Of a stretch of DNA of 44,634 bases, positions 14,856 to 21,388 are shown piece by piece (position 1 is the stretch's first letter; every line of letters begins with the position of its first letter). The translations under genes were made by a program, and so were the position numbers. The DNA is from a virus: the IMG/VR virus record IMGVR_UViG_3300024581_002496, positions 1-44,634 of that record, one strand, 5' to 3'. The notes beneath the pieces were generated by a model. The model searched no databases and was not told the origin of the DNA. It worked only from the letters and a program-made list of their open reading frames with translations.

Positions 14856-15567
14856 TTTCTTTTGTGTTAATATTTATTGGTGGTTTGGATTGTTTGTTTT
14901 CTCTTTTGCTGTATTCCTCAATGCTAAAAAACTTTTGTCTGAAAGAGCTTCCGCTTTGCACTGTAACAAAATATGGCTTGCCTGTGTTTTCAATAATTGA
15001 TTTCATAGCCTTTTTTATATCTTCTTCACTATTTTGCCTTAGTGATAAATCTTCTTGTAATAGCCTTATATCATCTGCCCATTTTTTAATATTTCCCATT
15101 GTTAAATTCTTTTTGTAATGATTTTTTATAAAATCCCCTAACTCGCTTGCAATGCTAAAATGAAAATCATTATATTTTTTTGCTTTAGTTTTTTTATCTT
15201 TATCTTTATCTTTATCTTTTACTTTATCTTTGCGGGGGTTTTCTGGGGGGTTTTTTGCTTCATCGTTAGGGGGGTTTTCTGGGGGGTTTTTATCACTAGG
15301 TCTGCCCCCTTTTTTTCCATGCTCCGCTCCTTTGTTTCCGTGCTCTGCTCCTTTGCAGCCATTTAAAAACTTTTTATGGTTTGCCTCTAGCTGGGGTTTT
15401 ATTAATGTAAAAATACTTTTTGAAATTCCTTCAAGTTTTTTATCTTTTTCTTCAAAAGAGTACTCAAAAATTGCCTGATAGATTTCTAATTGTTGTTTAT
15501 TAGGGAGTTCTTTTATTGCTTCGTGAAATGACTTGTAAAATATAAATCCTTTTTTCTGCTGTGTCAT
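14827..15567 (-). CDS. Replisome organiser / replication initiator-like protein with a low-complexity linker
   Basis: The N-terminus GFIFYKSFHEAIKELPNKQQLEIYQAIFEYSF resembles a phage replisome-organiser N-domain. The gene lies upstream of the DnaC-like loader. Confidence 0.6.
   Translation of the reverse strand: MTQQKKGFIFYKSFHEAIKELPNKQQLEIYQAIFEYSFEEKDKKLEGISKSIFTLIKPQLEANHKKFLNGCKGAEHGNKGAEHGKKGGRPSDKNPPENPPNDEAKNPPENPRKDKVKDKDKDKDKKTKAKKYNDFHFSIASELGDFIKNHYKKNLTMGNIKKWADDIRLLQEDLSLRQNSEEDIKKAMKSIIENTGKPYFVTVQSGSSFRQKFFSIEEYSKRENKQSKPPININTKEIDYGTSGKF
15195..15355. repeat. Cluster of three short direct-repeat sets inside the replisome-organiser gene (candidate iterons/ori)
   Basis: (tatctt)n at 15195..15230. 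GGGGGTTTTCTGGGGGGTTTTT at 15234..15256 and 15269..15291. ttcc(a/g)tgctc(c/t)gctcctttg at 15315..15334 and 15336..15355. Confidence 0.8.
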
Positions 15568-15590
15568 GGTGTCTAGCCTATTAAAATTGG

Positions 15591-15619
15591 TGTAGAGGGG
15601 ACTAGACGATCCCTCTACA
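15591..15619. promoter_or_regulatory. Perfect 9-bp stem hairpin (TGTAGAGGG / CCCTCTACA, 11-nt loop) 24 nt upstream of the replisome-organiser start
   Basis: Read directly. It is GC-rich in an AT-rich context and the loop contains GACTAGAC. Confidence 0.55.
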
Positions 15620-15699
15620 TAAAAAATATTTTAATTTCTGTCTAGTCTTAAAATAATTATAAATGATTAAATAATAAAAAAAAAGCATACAATAATAGA

Positions 15700-15739
15700 T
15701 TGTATAATTTTGAACAAGTAGGTTGTACAATTTTGAACA
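15700..15739. repeat. Two 17-bp direct repeats TTGTA(T/C)AATTTTGAACA spaced 23 bp apart (candidate operator or iteron sites)
   Basis: 15700..15716 and 15723..15739 share 16 of 17 positions. Confidence 0.8.
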
Positions 15740-16026
15740 GTTAACCTGTGAAGCCTTGATTTTATTGGATTAAATAGTGATAAGGTTATTTTGGTAAAAA
15801 TAGTTTATAATTAATAAAATTACTTTATATAATATAATACTATTTTATTGAAGTTAAGAAAATAAGAAGGGTTAAGTAAAACAAGGCAGATAAAAAAAGA
15901 TCAATTAAGGAGTAGAATTTACAATATTATGTGCCTTGTTTGTTTACAAAATAACATTAAAAAAATAAAATGCAACATTTTTTTAAAAAAAAGCTTGACA
16001 AAGAAAAAGATAATGCTAGCCTTGAA

Positions 16027-16054
16027 TTGACAAGAGTTTTAATTATGGTAATAC
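16027..16054 (+). promoter_or_regulatory. Candidate plus-strand promoter: TTGACA-N16-(TGg)TAATAC
   Basis: TTGACA at 16027..16032 and an extended -10-like tggTAATAC at 16046..16054. The only element downstream is a strong plus-strand terminator. Confidence 0.35.
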
Positions 16055-16060
16055 ATTTTT

Positions 16061-16121
16061 GAAATTAAGTTAGTAAGATTGGTTAGCCCCTAGAGTTTTA
16101 ATTAATTCTAGGGGTTTTTTT
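16061..16121 (+). ncRNA. Candidate ~60-nt small RNA (promoter 16027, terminator 16087..16121). Its 5' half is antisense to the conserved early-leader motif.
   Basis: The promoter and terminator bracket a segment with no ORF. 16062..16086 aaattaagttagtaagattggttag matches the plus-strand (antisense) reading of leaders L1-L5. Confidence 0.3.
16087..16121 (+). terminator. Rho-independent terminator, plus-strand orientation
   Basis: CCCCTAGAG-ttttaattaa-TTCTAGGGG followed by T7. The minus orientation has no U-run after the stem. Confidence 0.6.
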
Positions 16122-16329
16122 ATAGATATTTCTTTAATTCTTCTGTTATGGTGATATAATCTTCTGGCATTAGTAAAGATGTTTCATAATCATTTCTAAT
16201 TTCTTCTATCTCTTCTTTTAATACTTCGTAATATTTATTATCAAATTCATTTAATATTGATATAAATTCTCTTTCTTGTAAGTCCATATATTTAAAGCCA
16301 TTAGCTGTAATTCTAGGAAGCTCCATCAC
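16120..16329 (-). CDS. Small, very acidic early protein (hypothetical)
   Basis: Track ORF rich in Glu/Asp (..EVLKEEIEEIRNDYETSLLMPEDYITITEELKKYL). Confidence 0.55.
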   Translation of the reverse strand: MMELPRITANGFKYMDLQEREFISILNEFDNKYYEVLKEEIEEIRNDYETSLLMPEDYITITEELKKYL

Positions 16330-16651
16330 TAATTATTATTTCTTGATTATTATTAAAAATATCTTTGGTTAAATCTTTTACTATTGAATAACTTGCATTA
16401 GTTTTATATTCTGATACTTCCAGAGAATCAACTTTTGCATACTCCATATTATCAAGTAATTCCTCGATAGTTTTTCTGTCTTGATCATTGTAATCAAAAT
16501 AACGATATACTTCATTATTTTTTATTGCATATTCTAATTGTTTTTTATTTATACAATCATCAATATAAAAATATTTACTGCATATACTAATTGTATTTTG
16601 TATATCTTCTTTAAATTCGTAAAAAGATGAAATGTTTATTTTATTTGTCAT
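16313..16651 (-). CDS. Acidic early protein (hypothetical)
   Basis: Track ORF starting MTNK, preceded by the leader-like CAACCAATTAATAATAATTTAAATAATTAAAACAATG. Confidence 0.6.
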   Translation of the reverse strand: MTNKINISSFYEFKEDIQNTISICSKYFYIDDCINKKQLEYAIKNNEVYRYFDYNDQDRKTIEELLDNMEYAKVDSLEVSEYKTNASYSIVKDLTKDIFNNNQEIIISDGAS

Positions 16652-16674
16652 TGTTTTAATTATTTAAATTATTA

Positions 16675-16854
16675 TTAATTGGTTGCTTGTTGGTATATTT
16701 TAGACTGTCGCCTATATATTGCCTGTCTATAACTAACATTATTTCTAGGGTTGTTTAATATATCTTCAAATAATTTACTTGTCAACATATTAAAAGCATC
16801 ATTTTCAAATAATACTTGAGCCATTCTTTGTTTTGCTTTGTTTTTATTTGTCAT
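16675..16854 (-). CDS. Small ORF (59 aa), one codon below the track cut-off
   Basis: My translation is MTNKNKAKQRMAQVLFENDAFNMLTSKLFEDILNNPRNNVSYRQAIYRRQSKIYQQATN. It has the typical context aaaacaATGACAAATAAA. Confidence 0.55.
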   Translation of the reverse strand: MTNKNKAKQRMAQVLFENDAFNMLTSKLFEDILNNPRNNVSYRQAIYRRQSKIYQQATN

Positions 16855-16905
16855 TGTTTTTATTTATTTAAGTTAGTAAAAGGGTTTGTTTGTGGTAGTT
16901 GGTTA

Positions 16906-17151
16906 TTATTTTAAGTTCCAATGCTTTAAAACTTTGTTTAGAGTATTAAATATTATAGGGCTATCGTAATTATTATCGTAATTATTATAAGCATAAAATA
17001 AAACTTCATTATATTGAAATCTTACATCAATAGTTTTTATTCCTAGTTCTGATTTAGTGTCTAATTGAAATGAATTATTATTTTGAGATGAATTATTATC
17101 TAAATTAGTCCCTATTGATTTTAATTTTTTAATTAAGTTTTCTTTTTTCAT
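16906..17151 (-). CDS. Hypothetical early protein, first gene after promoter cassette L3
   Basis: Track ORF preceded by the promoter and conserved leader. Confidence 0.6.
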   Translation of the reverse strand: MKKENLIKKLKSIGTNLDNNSSQNNNSFQLDTKSELGIKTIDVRFQYNEVLFYAYNNYDNNYDSPIIFNTLNKVLKHWNLK

Positions 17152-17193
17152 TTTATTTTTTATTTAAGTTAATAATTAATTGGTTGTGAATTA

Positions 17194-17222
17194 ATAATAA
17201 AACAATTGATTTAATATGTCAA
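17194..17222 (-). promoter_or_regulatory. Sigma70-like early promoter (cassette L3): TTGACA-N17-TATTAT
   Basis: Minus strand reads AAAAAAAGACTTGACAtattaaatcaattgtttTATTAT, followed by the leader CAACCAATTAATTATTAACTTAAATAAAAAATAAAATG. Confidence 0.65.
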
Positions 17223-17270
17223 GTCTTTTTTTAACTTTTTTTAATTTTTTTTTAACTTTTTTTAATTTTA
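17223..17270. promoter_or_regulatory. Phased A/T tracts (UP-element-like, likely curved DNA) upstream of the L3 -35 box, within the divergent region
   Basis: T7-9 runs start at 17226, 17236, 17245 and 17257, a spacing of about 10 nt. Confidence 0.5.
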
Positions 17271-17361
17271 ATATAATTTGACTTTTAAAATAAAGGCTTT
17301 AAAATTATTTATAATTTTAAAAAATGCAACTTTACGCTAGCAAAAACATTAAAATAATTAT

Positions 17362-17730
17362 ATGCCATTAGGAAAAGAAGATATTATTCATAAGCAATTT
17401 GCCGCTATGATTAATGTGTATCAGAAGATGAATAAATTAAATGCCGTTTTTTGGAGCTACGATGCCTCTGGGGAGTATAGAAACAAAATTACGGGGGCTT
17501 TACTTAAAAGCAAAGGATTAACCGCAGGAAAAGCAGATTACGAGTTTAGAGTAATAAAAGAAAATAATATCTGTCATCATATTTATATTGAATTTAAAAC
17601 AGATACAGGCAAGCAATCACCTAATCAAAAAGCATTTGAGGCCACCTGTACGGCAATAAATAATAAGTATTATATAGCTAGGTCAGTCGAGCAGGGATTG
17701 TCTGTGTTGCAAAAAGAGGGGATTTTATGA
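17362..17730 (+). CDS. VRR-NUC domain nuclease (PD-(D/E)xK)
   Basis: KSKGLTAGKADYEF...HHIYIEFKTDTGKQSPNQKAF fits the VRR-NUC pattern G...G.pD......iEfK...g.ls..Q. Confidence 0.7.
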   Translation: MPLGKEDIIHKQFAAMINVYQKMNKLNAVFWSYDASGEYRNKITGALLKSKGLTAGKADYEFRVIKENNICHHIYIEFKTDTGKQSPNQKAFEATCTAINNKYYIARSVEQGLSVLQKEGIL

Positions 17731-18032
17731 AATGGTTGCTGGTAGTAATAATATTATCAGCCTGTAACCCTTTTGATTATCTTAAGTATAGAATGAATCG
17801 TTGCAACTCTATAATAGATATATATTATTATCCTCTTAATGTTAAATATAACTTTCAAGAAACTGAAAATTGCAGATATACTCTAACTGTTTTAGATGTA
17901 AATGTTCCTACAATGCGATTAAATAGAAAATATTATAATAAATATAAAGCAGAATATGAAAGCTACGGATTGACTTATCCATACAGGCCTGCAATAAATA
18001 AGCCAATTTTAACCCCGTTTAATTATAATTAA
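17727..18032 (+). CDS. Small lipoprotein (hypothetical)
   Basis: MKWLLVVIILSAC carries the lipobox LSAC. ATGA overlap with the VRR-NUC stop. Confidence 0.55.
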   Translation: MKWLLVVIILSACNPFDYLKYRMNRCNSIIDIYYYPLNVKYNFQETENCRYTLTVLDVNVPTMRLNRKYYNKYKAEYESYGLTYPYRPAINKPILTPFNYN

Positions 18033-19501
18033 AGATCGTATTTACCTTTTAGATAATTATATATTTCTGTATCTTGTGCCGCGCTTGTGGCATCGTGAAT
18101 AACCATCATCTCTAAAAAGTTTTGTATTAAGCCTTCTGTCTGATCTGCTTTATTAGCATTTAAATAAAAGTCACCTTGTGCTAAACTGCTAGTATAATCA
18201 TTCACTTGTCCTCTAAATACATTATCAATTATTAAGCTTGCTGTTCCTGCGACACCGTCTAACTTATAAATAAAGACATGATATAAACCACTATAAGGCG
18301 TACCTGTCGGCGTTAAATTACTATGAAAAGTGGAGCTGCCATCTGCTCTACAATTAAATACATTTGAAGCAGAGCCTGATTCAATATTGAAATCATTTGG
18401 GAATTGATCCCAACTAATAACAGATTGATTAAAGTTAGTTATGCTAACAGGTATTACATTTGTCAAGAATACAAAAGTCATTGAAGAATTAAGATTATTG
18501 ACTGGGAAATTTAAAGCTTTCATTGATTTTTGTATATTATCAAATTCAACCGCATTTAATCCATTTTTCTTGTTAGTAGGAGATAGGGCAATAGGTCTAT
18601 ATAATGGCGTACTATCTAAATTATTTGCATTACCTGATAAATCAATCAAAGTGTTTAATTCAAAACCACCGCCTAAAGCTGGACCTATAAGCTGTCCTCT
18701 AATATTTGAAGAATCATAATACGCCCCAATATCTGCAATATTTCTAGGATCTAATATAGCCCATTTATTCTTGAAAAAACTAATTAAAGCAGCGTCATCA
18801 ACTGGATTTACAATACCCTCATAAAACATAAATTCAGCTAAATTGGCTTCTAAAAATCTAACATTCTGTACATCTCTACCTAATTTAATGGTGGCAGTAG
18901 TCCCCATTGTGCCAGTATAAGCAACTTGCCCAATCTGATTACCATTAATAGATAATGTTGCAGTATTGTTTAAATGATCTAATTCATATTTATAAATCAT
19001 ATAGTTATATTCATAAGGAGCATCAGCAGGTATAATTGTTGAATGAAAATTAGACACTACGGCAGAATCAAATTTAGCAGCATTATTAGAAACAATAGAT
19101 ATATTATTTCCTAAATCATCTTCAATTGCAACTAAAGTATCAAGAATATTATTAACTTTTTTTACTTTCGCTACGCAGTAAAAAGTAAATGAATTGGTCA
19201 TATCTATTGTTCCTGAAACAAGAGCTGAATTGTCGCCCTCTATTAAATCAACAACATTTAAAGAATTTTGAGTAAAGCCGTTTATTTTAGGAGTCCCCAA
19301 AGCAGTAAAGTTATTACCATTACCTGATAAATCGTTTACTTGAGTTACATTATCGCCAGTTGCTACAATGCTTGCCAAGTCATCAAATTCTAATAATACA
19401 GTTCTATCAGTTGTGACTGGTGGTGGCTCTGGAGTTGCGCCTCCTGAAAATATTAATTGATTAGATAGATTGCTGGTTAAATTATTTATTATAGGTCTCA
19501 T
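18029..19501 (-). CDS. Tandem LamG / concanavalin-A-like lectin domain protein (last gene of the long minus-strand operon)
   Basis: Two LamG_3-like halves, each with D(L)SGN(G/A)NN plus a core hydrophobic pattern and a C-terminal helix motif (..ALISFFKNKW and ..EIYNYLKGKY). Confidence 0.55.
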   Translation of the reverse strand: MRPIINNLTSNLSNQLIFSGGATPEPPPVTTDRTVLLEFDDLASIVATGDNVTQVNDLSGNGNNFTALGTPKINGFTQNSLNVVDLIEGDNSALVSGTIDMTNSFTFYCVAKVKKVNNILDTLVAIEDDLGNNISIVSNNAAKFDSAVVSNFHSTIIPADAPYEYNYMIYKYELDHLNNTATLSINGNQIGQVAYTGTMGTTATIKLGRDVQNVRFLEANLAEFMFYEGIVNPVDDAALISFFKNKWAILDPRNIADIGAYYDSSNIRGQLIGPALGGGFELNTLIDLSGNANNLDSTPLYRPIALSPTNKKNGLNAVEFDNIQKSMKALNFPVNNLNSSMTFVFLTNVIPVSITNFNQSVISWDQFPNDFNIESGSASNVFNCRADGSSTFHSNLTPTGTPYSGLYHVFIYKLDGVAGTASLIIDNVFRGQVNDYTSSLAQGDFYLNANKADQTEGLIQNFLEMMVIHDATSAAQDTEIYNYLKGKYDL

Positions 19502-19512
19502 AATTATTTATA

Positions 19513-19917
19513 TTATATTATTAATTCAAAATGCACATAATCATTAAATTTTTGATCGTTAGTTTTGCCGTCCATATCCCAGTCGCCACCCCATCTAATT
19601 AATATATCCAAGCCAGCAGCAACGCCAATCATAAACTCCCCAAATCTTTTAAAGGTTTCTATGTCGTCCCATTTGGTAGTAGGTGAAGGCATTAAATCAA
19701 TAGCTAAAGAAGGGAAGTAATTATGCTTGCTTTCCCCTGCTGATTTTTCACTTAATTTTTGCCTTTTTAATTCGTCTTGCCTTTCGTTGCTTCTGTGTCC
19801 TTCTATTACTACAATGTCAAATCTTTGATAGTCCATTGCTTTATAAACAAGCTCTCTTAATGATTCGTGGCAAGTATCTATTTTATCTATTGATCTATTA
19901 CTAAATTTATACGCCAT
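19513..19917 (-). CDS. Endolysin, peptidase M15 (VanY / L-Ala-D-Glu peptidase-like)
   Basis: EGHRSNERQ, SKHNYFPSLAIDL and DYVHFEL are Zn ligands of the H..D..H type. The start is taken at MAYKF (ATG at 19917). The track start at 19995 is a hydrophobic-less extension overlapping the o-spanin. Confidence 0.75.
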   Translation of the reverse strand: MAYKFSNRSIDKIDTCHESLRELVYKAMDYQRFDIVVIEGHRSNERQDELKRQKLSEKSAGESKHNYFPSLAIDLMPSPTTKWDDIETFKRFGEFMIGVAAGLDILIRWGGDWDMDGKTNDQKFNDYVHFELII

Positions 19918-20104
19918 TACAATATTCGTTATAATTAATTTGATATAATAAAACTTTTCTTTTACTAGCTGTTGATAGCTTTTTATATTCTTCAATAGTT
20001 ACTAATTCATCATCTAGCAAACAAAGACTATCTAGGTTAATTTTTGTTGAGCAGCCTGATATAACGAGCAACAAGACTATCATCATTTTCTTTATTAAGT
20101 TCAT
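19907..20104 (-). CDS. Outer-membrane lipoprotein spanin subunit (Rz1-like), overlapped architecture
   Basis: MNLIKKMMIVLLLVISGC carries the lipobox ISGC. It starts inside the 3' end of the i-spanin gene in another frame. Confidence 0.55.
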   Translation of the reverse strand: MNLIKKMMIVLLLVISGCSTKINLDSLCLLDDELVTIEEYKKLSTASKRKVLLYQINYNEYCNGV

Positions 20105-20252
20105 CTTTTTTCTTTTTTATTCTTATAGCTTTTTTAATATAATCTTTATTATTTTTATTTTCTATTTCTTCTTTACCACTTTTTCTGCCAAGAGAATAAA
20201 TCAATCCGCCTAAGGTGGTTATTAGAAATATTAAAATAGAAATTTCAGTCAT
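20037..20252 (-). CDS. Inner-membrane spanin subunit (Rz-like)
   Basis: N-terminal TM helix ISILIFLITTLGGLIYSL followed by a charged helical region. It lies between the holin and the o-spanin. Confidence 0.5.
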   Translation of the reverse strand: MTEISILIFLITTLGGLIYSLGRKSGKEEIENKNNKDYIKKAIRIKKKKDELNKENDDSLVARYIRLLNKN

Positions 20253-20253
20253 T

Positions 20254-20493
20254 TTACTTTTTCTTTTTCAATAATTCAGCAACACCAATTCCAAGCAATA
20301 CAGAGCCTGCCAAGAATAAACTATCAATACTTGCGTCTAATTTATCAAATATTGTGAAGTCTTCTGACATTTTAACACTTGCTCCATAAATAACAAGCCC
20401 TACTTTAACCAATACGCCAACAAATATCATTAATATTCCTGCCAGTCTTTTTGAAGATTTACTCCCAAAATTGCAATTTAAAAATCCTTTCAT
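20254..20493 (-). CDS. Holin (two TM helices, basic C-terminus)
   Basis: LAGILMIFVGVLVKVGLVIYGA and SLFLAGSVLLGIGVAELL are followed by KKKK. The gene sits in the lysis cassette. Confidence 0.6.
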   Translation of the reverse strand: MKGFLNCNFGSKSSKRLAGILMIFVGVLVKVGLVIYGASVKMSEDFTIFDKLDASIDSLFLAGSVLLGIGVAELLKKKK

Positions 20494-20496
20494 AAT

Positions 20497-21030
20497 TTAA
20501 AATAAATAATTAATACCAAAAGCCAAACCACCTTCAAGCCCTATAGACTCTCTAGGTGCTATATAGTTTATATTAAAACTAATATTCTTGTCAAGAAATA
20601 CATTTAATCCTGCCCCATAAAGATACACTCTATTTTTATCTTGTGAGATTTTGACATCATTATAATATAATTCTTGTTTTAAAATTGTATCTGCTACAAA
20701 CAATGTAGGCATAATATTTTTTGTAATGTATCCAACTTGAAATAAATTATATCTGGTAGCTGAATAATAATCAAAGTTATTAGTCCCATTTGTTGCCCTC
20801 CTTTTTAATTTAGAGTTAATAAGTCTATTAGTATAAAGCCCAATAGTAATATTATCTAACTTCTTTAAATAACCAATCGTTAAGCTTGTTGGTTTAAATT
20901 GATCAGCATTGCTCTTAAATTTGATCGTAGGGTGGTTTTGTTTTGCATATAGTATAGATGAACCAATACTAATTTTTGCTTGTGCTGTGGTGGCTAACAT
21001 TAAGAATATGGCTATTATATATTTAATCAT
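20497..21030 (-). CDS. Outer-membrane beta-barrel protein (small 8-strand OmpX/Ail/Lom/OmpW-like)
   Basis: Signal peptide MIKYIIAIFLMLATTAQA|K, alternating amphipathic strands and a C-terminal ..GLAFGINYLF with a terminal Phe. Confidence 0.65.
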   Translation of the reverse strand: MIKYIIAIFLMLATTAQAKISIGSSILYAKQNHPTIKFKSNADQFKPTSLTIGYLKKLDNITIGLYTNRLINSKLKRRATNGTNNFDYYSATRYNLFQVGYITKNIMPTLFVADTILKQELYYNDVKISQDKNRVYLYGAGLNVFLDKNISFNINYIAPRESIGLEGGLAFGINYLF

Positions 21031-21388
21031 TTGCTTTTTTAATATTATTTAATATTTTACTACCAGTTGTAACAATTTTATCATGTTCTATTTCTAAACT
21101 TTTTAACATTAAATCGTTGGTCTGTTTTACATTTTTAAGCATATGGTCTTTATCTTTCTTAAAATCTTCCCTAGCTTCTTTTAATTCTTCTTTTATTGTT
21201 TCTGTCATTCTTTTTTCTGATTCTTTTATTTCTTTCTTTATAACATCATTGATTTTTATTTCTAGCTTTAAATTTGTATTCTCTAGCTGTTGTGCTTGTG
21301 TTTTAGTGAAAAATCTATACATAGCTATACAAGCAGCTATTAAAAGCCCAAGCACTCCATAAAAATTTCTTTCATAAAATAGTTCCAT
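21023..21388 (-). CDS. Membrane-anchored coiled-coil protein (hypothetical)
   Basis: The start is taken at MELFYERNF (TAATG overlap with the upstream stop at 21388). TM helix GVLGLLIAACIAMY is followed by a charged coiled coil. Confidence 0.5.
   Translation of the reverse strand: MELFYERNFYGVLGLLIAACIAMYRFFTKTQAQQLENTNLKLEIKINDVIKKEIKESEKRMTETIKEELKEAREDFKKDKDHMLKNVKQTNDLMLKSLEIEHDKIVTTGSKILNNIKKAND

Noticed and set aside
14864-15478. Plus-strand ORFs (84, 68 and 82 aa) inside the replisome-organiser gene
   Set aside because: They are shadow ORFs produced by low-complexity repeats on the coding (minus) strand.
15995-16000. Plus-strand A8-GCTTGACAAAG box closely resembling the -35 region of the promoter family
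   Set aside because: No acceptable -10 hexamer lies 16-18 nt downstream (agcctt). It is kept only as part of the control-region description.
15929-16062. Plus-strand micro-ORFs of 33 aa (15929..16030) and 30 aa (15970..16062) in the control region
   Set aside because: The AAGGAG at 15908 is 16 nt from the first ATG. The peptides are low complexity and the ORFs overlap each other. This cannot be decided from sequence alone, so they are treated as part of the non-coding control region.
16760-16788. TTGACA-N17-TATATT on the minus strand
   Set aside because: It lies inside the 59-aa ORF 16675..16854 and lacks the A-tract and leader of the cassette family. It may be a chance match in AT-rich DNA.
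19918-19995. 26-codon N-terminal extension of the endolysin ORF
   Set aside because: It overlaps the o-spanin coding region extensively. The ATG at 19917 gives a typical M15 domain start with an 11-nt overlap.
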